46,366 nucleotides of DNA, taken from an uncultured Clostridiaceae bacterium (lineage in GTDB: Bacteria; Bacillota; Clostridia; DUPQ01). The notes under the pieces are model-generated. The model saw only the letters and a program-made list of their open reading frames with translations, was not told the origin of the DNA and searched no databases. Each line of letters begins with the position of its first letter. The stretch's first letter is position 1. Positions 25,385 to 33,134 of the stretch are shown here, in pieces. The stretch spans positions 1 through 46,366 of the forward strand of contig CAZWVS010000001.1 of NCBI GenBank assembly GCA_964636935.1, written 5' to 3'. The position numbers and the translations under genes were made by a program.

Positions 25385-27247
25385 ATGGAGAGGAAGATAT
25401 TGGGAAGCGTAATTGCATTATCGCTGGCTTTTGTCATGCTTTTCGGGACAGCCTTGGACAATACCATAGATGCCGCCGATGTATCACAGCCCACACAGAA
25501 ACAAAAAAGCGTGATAGGGGAAGCCGCTGATTTTCTTGAGGACATGGATATGGGGGACATGGCTGACAATGTCCGCACCTGGCTAAACGACGGGAAAATT
25601 AAAATCGACCCGGACTTGAGGGCAAACGGCGTAACAAACAGAAAAGGCGAAATCACCATAAAAGGGAAATTTGTCACACCGTTGCCTGAAAACGAGCTTC
25701 AGAAGTTTAAAAGAGTTGTAAATCTGGCACATCTTCTTTTACATGAAAAAGTCCATGCCCATCAGGCCCCGGAAGGCGGCTCTTTGGCCGAGGGTGTGGA
25801 AACGGGGGATTGGCTCGCCGGATATGATGTGATGAAGGAATGCGTAGGGCCGGACCCGTTGGAGGTCGAGGCCTATTATAGACAAATAAGGGCCAAATTG
25901 GTTTGGGCCGAGAAAATAAACGCACAAGCAACACCCGAAGGGCTTGAACCTTCCGAGCAGACAATAGCCGAAATTATAAAGCATGAAAAATTCAAATGGC
26001 TTCATGAAGAGGCTTCAAACTGGGCAAAAGTGCTGAAAAACCATAATTTTGAAAAAGCAGCCAAATTCGCCGGAGTAAAGGCTCTGGCCGACTCTTTTAA
26101 GGAAATCGACGATAACATCGAGCTGAATGAAGAACAGAAAGTTGCGCAGAAAAGGGAATTGCTGGATTCCCTGATTTCAAAACTTTTCGATGAAGATGAT
26201 TTTTATGACAGGGCCAGAAAGCTTTACAACGAAAAAAAGGGAACGGAAGCGACCAGCTTCATAGTCCCGCTTTCGGACGAACTTACTGAAGAAATCAGCA
26301 AACAGCTTCCAAATGGAGGGGGGGAACTGACGATTAACGGCCTTCCCGAAAACGTTGATACCGGAATGGATTCATTCCTGGAAATCACCGTTCATGATTT
26401 CGAAGTGCCGCCCCAGGCCGACCCGGGTTATGAAATAATAAGCCCGGTATATGAAGTCTCCTGGAATTCCAGACTGCCGGTGCCCTTTGAGCTGACAATG
26501 ACGACGGCTGTTGAAAGCTCGTATGAAGTTCACATAGCGGCATTCGGTTTAAACAGAACAGAAATCGAAAGGGACTGGACTTTGCTTGAAACACAGACGG
26601 TCATCGAAGAAGGCATGACATATGCCACGGCCATGGCCGATGCAGCCACAATGTATGCGCTTGTAACGCCGAGGCAGTCTTTTGTGGATGTCCCGCCGAA
26701 CCACTGGGCGTATGAATCGGCACAACGATTGATGAGCAAAGGTGTGCTCGACGGAGGAGCATTGCTGCTCCCTCAGATGCAGGTCACCAGGGAGATGTTT
26801 GTAAAATACCTTGTAAAAAGCCTGGGACTGGAGATAACGGCAGCCGATGTTCCTTTCACGGATGTTTCTACAGACAGCCCGTACTTTCCGTATGTCAGCA
26901 CAGCTTATCATAACGGGCTCACCGCAGGCGTATCAGAAGATGAATTCGGCATGGGACAGATAATACCAAGGGAACAAAGCATAACATTTCTGATCAGGGC
27001 TGTAGGAATGGAGGACGAAGCGCTCGAAATGGAGGAAGGGGAAATGAAGGGATACATCGACTCGTTCTTTGACATATACACGGATTGTTCCGAATGGGCC
27101 CATCCATATATAGCGCAGGCTGTTAAAGAGCTTTTCACCAACGGGTATCCGGACGGCACCATGAGAGGCAGGAACCTGTTAAGCCACGCAGAGGTTATCG
27201 CGCTGATTGACAGGATAATGATTCATGTGGCGTATAACGGTAGATAG
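25385..27247 (+). CDS. secreted cell-wall-associated protein with three C-terminal SLH domains and an N-terminal HExxH-containing domain
   Basis: SD AAGAGGAGGGA; signal peptide 'MERKILGSVIALSLAFVMLFGTA'. 'HEKVH' at 25742-25756. Three SLH repeats from about 26681 ('FVDVPPNHWAYESAQRLMSKGVL', 'FTDVSTDSPYFPYVSTAYHNGLTAG', 'EWAHPYIAQAVKELFTNGYPDGTMRG'). Confidence 0.8.
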   Translation: MERKILGSVIALSLAFVMLFGTALDNTIDAADVSQPTQKQKSVIGEAADFLEDMDMGDMADNVRTWLNDGKIKIDPDLRANGVTNRKGEITIKGKFVTPLPENELQKFKRVVNLAHLLLHEKVHAHQAPEGGSLAEGVETGDWLAGYDVMKECVGPDPLEVEAYYRQIRAKLVWAEKINAQATPEGLEPSEQTIAEIIKHEKFKWLHEEASNWAKVLKNHNFEKAAKFAGVKALADSFKEIDDNIELNEEQKVAQKRELLDSLISKLFDEDDFYDRARKLYNEKKGTEATSFIVPLSDELTEEISKQLPNGGGELTINGLPENVDTGMDSFLEITVHDFEVPPQADPGYEIISPVYEVSWNSRLPVPFELTMTTAVESSYEVHIAAFGLNRTEIERDWTLLETQTVIEEGMTYATAMADAATMYALVTPRQSFVDVPPNHWAYESAQRLMSKGVLDGGALLLPQMQVTREMFVKYLVKSLGLEITAADVPFTDVSTDSPYFPYVSTAYHNGLTAGVSEDEFGMGQIIPREQSITFLIRAVGMEDEALEMEEGEMKGYIDSFFDIYTDCSEWAHPYIAQAVKELFTNGYPDGTMRGRNLLSHAEVIALIDRIMIHVAYNGR

Positions 27248-27324
27248 GAAAACGGGTTCCCCGCAAACCATGTATAAAATGCATGGCCGGCGCGGCATGG
27301 ATATAGGTTGAAAGGATTTACATA

Positions 27325-28149
27325 GTGGATGCGAGAATTTTTTGCTTTTCGGGCACAGGGAACACATGGGCCATGGCCGGTGTGCTTGCAGAACAACTAA
27401 ACAACAGAGGTCTTGAAACCGAACTTCTGTCGATTGAAAAAATCAATGAAGCCCGTATGGCTCCATTGATACAAGATGCTAAGACCATAATATTCGCATA
27501 CCCGGTCTACGGTGGGGCCATGCCCGTACCCATGCTAAGATTCATTGATGCGGTCCCCGATACGGAAAAAGCCAAGGATGCCGCAATAGTGTGTTCCCAG
27601 ATGCTCGCCTCCGGAGACGGAGCCTGGCATTACCACAAAGAGATAGAAGAAAAGGGATATGAAGTGAAATGGGCGTTCCATTTCCGCATGCCCAACAATG
27701 TATCCATTAAGGCATGGCATCTTCCGTATCAGTCCAAGCCGGGAGCGGCTGAAAAAGCGCTGCAAAAAAGAAAAAAGGCTATCGGAATGGCTGCGGATAA
27801 GATAGCGGACGGGGAAAAATCAATCACGGGCAAAGGCCTCCTTGGTAAAATATTGGGATTAATGCAAAGACCTGCTTACCTGAGGATGACGAAATACCCG
27901 TATAAACCGCCTTTTTCCGTAGATGCCGGAAAATGCACCCTGTGCATGAAATGCGTCAAAATGTGTCCGGAGATGAATATCGCATATGAAAAAGGGGAAA
28001 TAGTTCACGGCACCCGGTGCACGCTTTGCATGCGTTGCTATAATTTCTGCCCGACCCTGGCCATCGAGGCTTATGGGAAAGCCCATCCCGCAAAAAAACC
28101 TCCGTACAGAGGTCCCGTGGGATTTGATCCGCTAAAGCTAAAAAGTTAA
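27325..28149 (+). CDS. EFR1-type ferredoxin (flavodoxin-like N-domain + 2x[4Fe-4S] C-domain)
   Basis: GTG start. 'FCFSGTGNT' flavodoxin-like loop. Two 'CxxCxxCxxxCP' motifs ('CTLCMKCVKMCP', 'CTLCMRCYNFCP'). Confidence 0.75.
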   Translation: MDARIFCFSGTGNTWAMAGVLAEQLNNRGLETELLSIEKINEARMAPLIQDAKTIIFAYPVYGGAMPVPMLRFIDAVPDTEKAKDAAIVCSQMLASGDGAWHYHKEIEEKGYEVKWAFHFRMPNNVSIKAWHLPYQSKPGAAEKALQKRKKAIGMAADKIADGEKSITGKGLLGKILGLMQRPAYLRMTKYPYKPPFSVDAGKCTLCMKCVKMCPEMNIAYEKGEIVHGTRCTLCMRCYNFCPTLAIEAYGKAHPAKKPPYRGPVGFDPLKLKS

Positions 28150-28265
28150 AAAAAGGCGACAACGGGTATGACCGGATAAAACTTTTGTCAAATATGCAAA
28201 TAAACGGGACATGCTGTTTGATATAATGGATATGAAATATTAAAGACGGGGCTGGTGACAGGATT

Positions 28266-29132
28266 ATGGATAACAAAATAATAATGCATATCAATTATTG
28301 CGAACAGGGACAAAGCATCGATGAGATTTGTGAAAAAGCGGTGCATTGGGGGTTCGACGGTGTCGAATTCAGGAATAAAAGACCGGGAATCGATGAAAAG
28401 ACGGATGATTATCTCGAAGCCATACATAAGGCTTCTAAAAGCCACGGATTAAAAACCGTGTTGTTCGGGGGAGGGACTCCGGACATTATAGATATGGAAC
28501 CGGGGGAGCTTGAAAATAAGATGGCATACTGCCTGGATTTCTACCCTAAGGCTTATGACATGTTCGGTTTTGAAGTTTGCAACCTGCTTCTGGGGACGAT
28601 AATGAACCCGGCGCCGGGAATAGCCTACGCCGACTATACGAAACATGGATCCTATATAGCAAAAGCCCATCACTGGGATAACGGGATAAAGGCATTGCGG
28701 ATGCTTGGGGAAATCGCAAAAAACAGGGGATTCCTTTTTGCGATGGAGACACATCCCAACTATCTGCACGATACGGTGGAGTCCGCAATGAAGCTTGCCA
28801 AGGGAAGCGGTTCCGCCAATATAGGCGTCAACCTGGATTATATAAATGCAGCCGCGCATCCGGATGAGATATCAATCGAGGACGCAATTGAAAAATCCGA
28901 CGACAGGCTGTTTTATGTACATATCAAGAATGTGATAAAAGCGGGAAACGGTGTCAGGATAAGGACGGGGCTGGGAGACGGCGAATATAACAACAGGCAC
29001 ATATTGAAAAAATTGCGGGAAGCCGGATATGAAGGGCCCATATGCATGGAAGCCCCCCGTCAAGGCGACAGGGAGTGGTTCGCCCGGCAGGACCTGGCGT
29101 ATCTGAAAACAGTCATGAGGGAGATAGGATAG
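28266..29132 (+). CDS. sugar phosphate isomerase/epimerase (xylose isomerase-like TIM barrel) family protein
   Basis: 'WGFDGVEF', 'FAMETHPN', 'VNLDYINA', 'HIKN' metal-ligand-type motifs spaced as in AP endonuclease 2/xylose isomerase-like TIM barrels; 288 aa. Confidence 0.75.
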   Translation: MDNKIIMHINYCEQGQSIDEICEKAVHWGFDGVEFRNKRPGIDEKTDDYLEAIHKASKSHGLKTVLFGGGTPDIIDMEPGELENKMAYCLDFYPKAYDMFGFEVCNLLLGTIMNPAPGIAYADYTKHGSYIAKAHHWDNGIKALRMLGEIAKNRGFLFAMETHPNYLHDTVESAMKLAKGSGSANIGVNLDYINAAAHPDEISIEDAIEKSDDRLFYVHIKNVIKAGNGVRIRTGLGDGEYNNRHILKKLREAGYEGPICMEAPRQGDREWFARQDLAYLKTVMREIG

Positions 29133-29135
29133 TTG

Positions 29136-30209
29136 ATGACAAAGAAAGACAAACTTGGAATAGGTATAATAGGTCTGGGCGCCATAAGCCGGGTTCATAT
29201 TGACGCTTTTCGCCGGATAGAAAAGGCCGAACTCATGGCCGTGTGTACAAGAAACGGGGAAAAGGCTAAACAAGTCGCCAAAAAGGAAGACTGCGACTGG
29301 TATACGGACTACAGGGATATGATCGATACGGCGGGCATCGATGCGGTCGTCCTGTGCACACCCAGCGGGGCAAGGATGGAAATCGCAGAGTATGCGGCAC
29401 GGCATAAAAAACATGTAATATCGGAAAAGCCTCTTGAAGTGACGACAAAAAGAATTGACGCAATGATCAAGGCCTGTGAAAAAAACGGCGTTTACATCGC
29501 ATCCATCTTCCACAAAAGATATCATCCCGTATACAAATGGATTAAAAAAACAATTGATGAAGGGCGTTTCGGCGACATTATCTCCACAAATGTCCTTATG
29601 AAATGGTACAGGCCTGATGAATATTATGCGGATTCGAACTGGCGGGGCACCTGGAAACTCGACGGAGGCGGGGCGCTTATGAATCAGTGCGTCCATTTTA
29701 TCGACCTTATGCAATGGTTCAACGGGGGTGTGGACTCCGTTTTCGCACGAACCGGAAACAAGCTGCATAAGAATATAGAAACAGAGGACACGGCGGTGGG
29801 GAACATGCTTTTTTCAAACGGCGCCTTCGGCCTGGTGGAAGCTACAACCAGCTCCTATCCGGGATTTTCAACGATACTGACGTTAAACGGCACACGGGGC
29901 GGAGTTATTTGTGAAAACGAAGCCATACGGGAGCTGAAAATGGAAAACGGGACAAAACAGGATGAAGACATGAAAAAGGATTCGAAATTCGGTGAGCACG
30001 GCAGGGATGCGGGAACGAATATTAAAAAGGACATAACCCTTCATCTTGAACAGTTGACCGAAATCACGGACGCGCTGCTTGAAGGGAAACAGCCGCCGGT
30101 GGAAGGCCGCGAAGCAAGAAAGGCAGTAGAGATAGTGACGGCCATGTATGAATCGGCGAAAAAGGGAACAGACATAAAACTGGGCGATTTCAAGGGTGCA
30201 AACGAATGA
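29136..30209 (+). CDS. Gfo/Idh/MocA family NAD(P)-dependent oxidoreductase
   Basis: 'LGIGIIGLGAISRVH' Rossmann N-terminus, 'VISEKPL' (EKP motif), C-terminal alpha/beta dimerisation domain. It starts 1-4 nt after the preceding stop. Confidence 0.85.
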   Translation: MTKKDKLGIGIIGLGAISRVHIDAFRRIEKAELMAVCTRNGEKAKQVAKKEDCDWYTDYRDMIDTAGIDAVVLCTPSGARMEIAEYAARHKKHVISEKPLEVTTKRIDAMIKACEKNGVYIASIFHKRYHPVYKWIKKTIDEGRFGDIISTNVLMKWYRPDEYYADSNWRGTWKLDGGGALMNQCVHFIDLMQWFNGGVDSVFARTGNKLHKNIETEDTAVGNMLFSNGAFGLVEATTSSYPGFSTILTLNGTRGGVICENEAIRELKMENGTKQDEDMKKDSKFGEHGRDAGTNIKKDITLHLEQLTEITDALLEGKQPPVEGREARKAVEIVTAMYESAKKGTDIKLGDFKGANE

Positions 30210-31690
30210 ACATATATTTCGGAGACCTGCACAACCATTGCGGAATAAGCTACGGATACGGCAGTCTGAAAAACGCCTTGTCTGTGGCGAAGGGGCATCT
30301 TGACTTTTGCGCGGTCACCGGACATGCCCTTTGGCCGGATATATTCGAGCGCAACAGCGATACGGCATTCATAATAGACTTTCATAAAAAGGGGTTCGAA
30401 AAACTCGAAAAGGGCTGGGATGAGGTCAAAGCCCGGATAGCGGCTGCAAACGAAGACGGACGGTTCGTCACATTACAAAGCTATGAAATGCACTCTTCAA
30501 AATTGGGGGACCACCACATATTGTCGCCGGACGACGGCCTGCGGCTTGAAAAGGGCGAATCACCTGAGGAAATAATAGAACAAATGGACTGCGAAGCCAT
30601 GGCAGTGCCCCACCACATAGCATACACTCCCGGATACAGGGGGATAAACTGGGATCGTTTTGATGAGTCAATAAGCCCTGTTGTCGAAATATATTCAAAG
30701 CACGGATGCGGATTGGACGATATCGCCTGCGAGCCCTACCTTCACACCATGGGCCCCGCAGACGGCAGGAATACGGCATATGCAGGTTTGAAAATAGGGA
30801 AACGATTCGGTTTTACCGGCTCTACGGACCATCATGCGGGGTACCCGGGTTCCTATGGAGATGGTCTCACTGCGGTATTGGCACCCGATCTTTCAAGAAA
30901 GTCCATATGGGATGCAATAAAAAACCGCAGGACATACGCGATTACGGGGGACAGGATAAAATGCGAATTCACCGTGAACGGGGAACCCTTCGGAGGGGAA
31001 TCGAAAGCGGTTGACAGTAACAGCGTCTTTTTTAAAGCCAAGGCCTGCGATTTCATTGAAAAGGCGGTTATATATAAAAATCTCGAACCTGTAGATTCCA
31101 TTCATTTTGAAAATTTTGAAAAACAGGAATTCACCGGAGGAAGAGTCAAATTAAGGGTGGAGACGGGATGGGGGAGAAAAAACGAACCCTACAGATGGGA
31201 TATGGGCCTATCCGTAAAAGGCGGAGAGATAGTTTCAGTCGATAAATGCTTCAGGGGCAGGAGCGTGCTTGCGCCCAGGGAGGACGAGAACTATTCGGAT
31301 TTTGTGAATGAAATTGAAAACAGGGTTTCATATGAGGGGGCGGACAGGGTGGAATGGAAATGCACCACATTCAAAAACCCCACGACAAGGCATCCGGCAA
31401 CCTGTTCGCTTATATTCGAACTTGAAGCCGGCCCCGACTCGATTATTGAAATAGAGGCAAACGGCGTAACAAAAACAGCAAGTCTGGATGAGCTTATGCA
31501 AAGGAGCGAGAGTTTTCATATGCATGATTACAACTCTGAGGCATGCCTGATACACAGGGCGGTCCCCGAGAGATTGTATACAATTGAAATGGCATCTGCG
31601 CAAAAGGCCGAGCCCGGCGACTTCTTCCATGCGGTCATAAGGCAGGTGAACGGACAGGCAGCATGGATAAGTCCCGTTTTCATGAAATGA
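30206..31690 (+). CDS. DUF3604/PHP-like putative metal-dependent hydrolase
   Basis: N-terminal 'FGDLHNHCGISYGYG...CAVTGHA' His-cluster, later 'STDHHAGYPGSYG', as in PHP/DUF3604-type metallohydrolases. ATGA overlap with the oxidoreductase gene. Confidence 0.55.
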   Translation: MNIYFGDLHNHCGISYGYGSLKNALSVAKGHLDFCAVTGHALWPDIFERNSDTAFIIDFHKKGFEKLEKGWDEVKARIAAANEDGRFVTLQSYEMHSSKLGDHHILSPDDGLRLEKGESPEEIIEQMDCEAMAVPHHIAYTPGYRGINWDRFDESISPVVEIYSKHGCGLDDIACEPYLHTMGPADGRNTAYAGLKIGKRFGFTGSTDHHAGYPGSYGDGLTAVLAPDLSRKSIWDAIKNRRTYAITGDRIKCEFTVNGEPFGGESKAVDSNSVFFKAKACDFIEKAVIYKNLEPVDSIHFENFEKQEFTGGRVKLRVETGWGRKNEPYRWDMGLSVKGGEIVSVDKCFRGRSVLAPREDENYSDFVNEIENRVSYEGADRVEWKCTTFKNPTTRHPATCSLIFELEAGPDSIIEIEANGVTKTASLDELMQRSESFHMHDYNSEACLIHRAVPERLYTIEMASAQKAEPGDFFHAVIRQVNGQAAWISPVFMK

Positions 31691-31718
31691 CATCGAAGTT
31701 TTAGGGCGGTTTTCAATA

Positions 31719-31727
31719 TGTTATAAT
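31719..31727 (+). promoter_or_regulatory. candidate extended -10 promoter (TGTTATAAT) starting a ~290-nt leader
   Basis: TGn+TATAAT at 31719-31727. No ORF of 60 aa or more lies on the + strand between here and the ATG at 32023. Confidence 0.45.
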
Positions 31728-32022
31728 AGTTAGTGACTGCTGAATGACACGGGATTTCAAATTCAGAACCGGCTGTAGCCGCATGGGTTGAAAACATGAA
31801 TCATATAAAAGTTTTCACAACATGGCCCTTATTGCCGGCGGGCTGAATCGGGCAAAGCGAGGCATCAAGGTCTGAAAAGGTTCAAGGGTTTATACGCCTT
31901 CACCGGGAAAAGCTTGTACCCGAGCGACGTGAAAATGAATAAAATTTAAGCGGGGCGTTTTCAAGTTATTCGGCAAACCCAGCTACAGGTTATATTTATT
32001 TTGGATTACGGAGTCGAGATAT

Positions 32023-32673
32023 ATGAGTGAAGAACGAAACAATCACGATTTGGATGAGGCCGGCAAGACCCTGGGCAAGCTTTACAACGTATCCTCCTAC
32101 GACAAGGAGTACGGCGGCAAGAAAGGGATGAAATTTTTCGGCTGGGCTGTTGTCGTAGTGTTTTTTGTCAGCCTGTTGCTGCTCAACATAAAAACACATG
32201 ACGACATCGAGCTGGTATATGCCGATGATGAGGGGATCACGGTATATGAATTGAATATCGGTTTTCTGGGGACATACGGCATAAAGGCCGAGCACCATAT
32301 CGATTATCCTCCCGATACGACTGTATACAGGAACATAGCAGGCAAGCCCGCCGAGGTGGCCAGGACTGTCAGCGAATATGAAGCTGAGGCTGTCGTGGGA
32401 ACCGAATGGATATTGGAAGCGCTTCCCGAGACCGGTCTTATAAGCAGCTTTAAAAAGTTCATAACACCGGAAGAACACAGCAGGATGCTCATTCATGAAT
32501 ATGATCATGATTTCCCCGACCTGTATTACGGCATGCCCATAAATAAAGGTTTCAGAAAAATCGATTTTCGCAATATGGAATATATTGTTTTCACGGGTTT
32601 CGCCGCAAAACTGCAGGAAAGGACGACAATAAAACTGATCAATGACATGACAACTCTTCAAAGTGCCGAATAA
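32023..32673 (+). CDS. hypothetical single-pass membrane protein
   Basis: 216 aa with one TM helix ('FFGWAVVVVFFVSLLLL') and normal amino-acid composition. The fully overlapping antisense ORF (31996-32661) is Cys/His/Phe-rich and was rejected. Confidence 0.6.
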   Translation: MSEERNNHDLDEAGKTLGKLYNVSSYDKEYGGKKGMKFFGWAVVVVFFVSLLLLNIKTHDDIELVYADDEGITVYELNIGFLGTYGIKAEHHIDYPPDTTVYRNIAGKPAEVARTVSEYEAEAVVGTEWILEALPETGLISSFKKFITPEEHSRMLIHEYDHDFPDLYYGMPINKGFRKIDFRNMEYIVFTGFAAKLQERTTIKLINDMTTLQSAE

Positions 32674-32754
32674 CGCCCTTTTTTTCTATTTTTAAAGTGC
32701 TTCGGTAATATATCCCCTTTCGGGGGTATATTCTAGTCGGGAAGGTGATAGGGT

Positions 32755-32964
32755 ATGAAAAGAAAAAACAAGCACGAGCCCGGTGTTTTCTTCACAGATC
32801 CTTCTGACATGGATGTGTCCGACGGCACAAAAAACACAGTCGAAACATTTGTCGAAGGGGTTCACACGCCGGTGGGCACCGATAATCTATCAGAAGATTA
32901 CAAAAGGCTTGTCAACATCAAGTACGACAGTGATAAAAAGGGAAAAAGAAGATTTGGAATCTGA
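32755..32964 (+). CDS. small hypothetical protein (69 aa)
   Basis: Good SD (GGGAAGGTGA) 7 nt upstream of the ATG. Hydrophilic with a basic C-terminus and no recognisable motif. Confidence 0.45.
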   Translation: MKRKNKHEPGVFFTDPSDMDVSDGTKNTVETFVEGVHTPVGTDNLSEDYKRLVNIKYDSDKKGKRRFGI

Positions 32965-33134
32965 TCCGGTGCATCGCTTATATTCATCACAAGATGTGCG
33001 ACCATGTTTTGTTGCGCTCGATTTCAAAGGTTTGAGATCAGGGGTTTGAACGAAATTTGTATTCGCCCCTTTATCGTGCCTGTGTTATCATAATATTGTA
33101 ACAATACAGGGTATACGTGAACGAGGTGCAGGCA

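Noticed and set aside
28872-29768. 298-aa minus-strand ORF spanning the isomerase/oxidoreductase junction
   Set aside because: It overlaps two well-supported + strand genes, and its Cys/His/Phe/Pro-rich composition is typical of antisense frames.
31728-32022. c-di-AMP (ydaO-type) or c-di-GMP riboswitch in the long leader
   Set aside because: There are only fragmentary word matches (two CUGAAU segments, GGGCAAAGCG, CAGCUA) at spacings far larger than either consensus. I cannot build the conserved helices by eye, so it is left as an unassigned structured leader.
31996-32661. 221-aa minus-strand ORF mirroring the 32023-32673 gene
   Set aside because: The + strand product has a clean TM helix, balanced composition, and a start preceded by a long leader and promoter. 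The minus product is Cys/His/Phe-rich and would lack any upstream signals.
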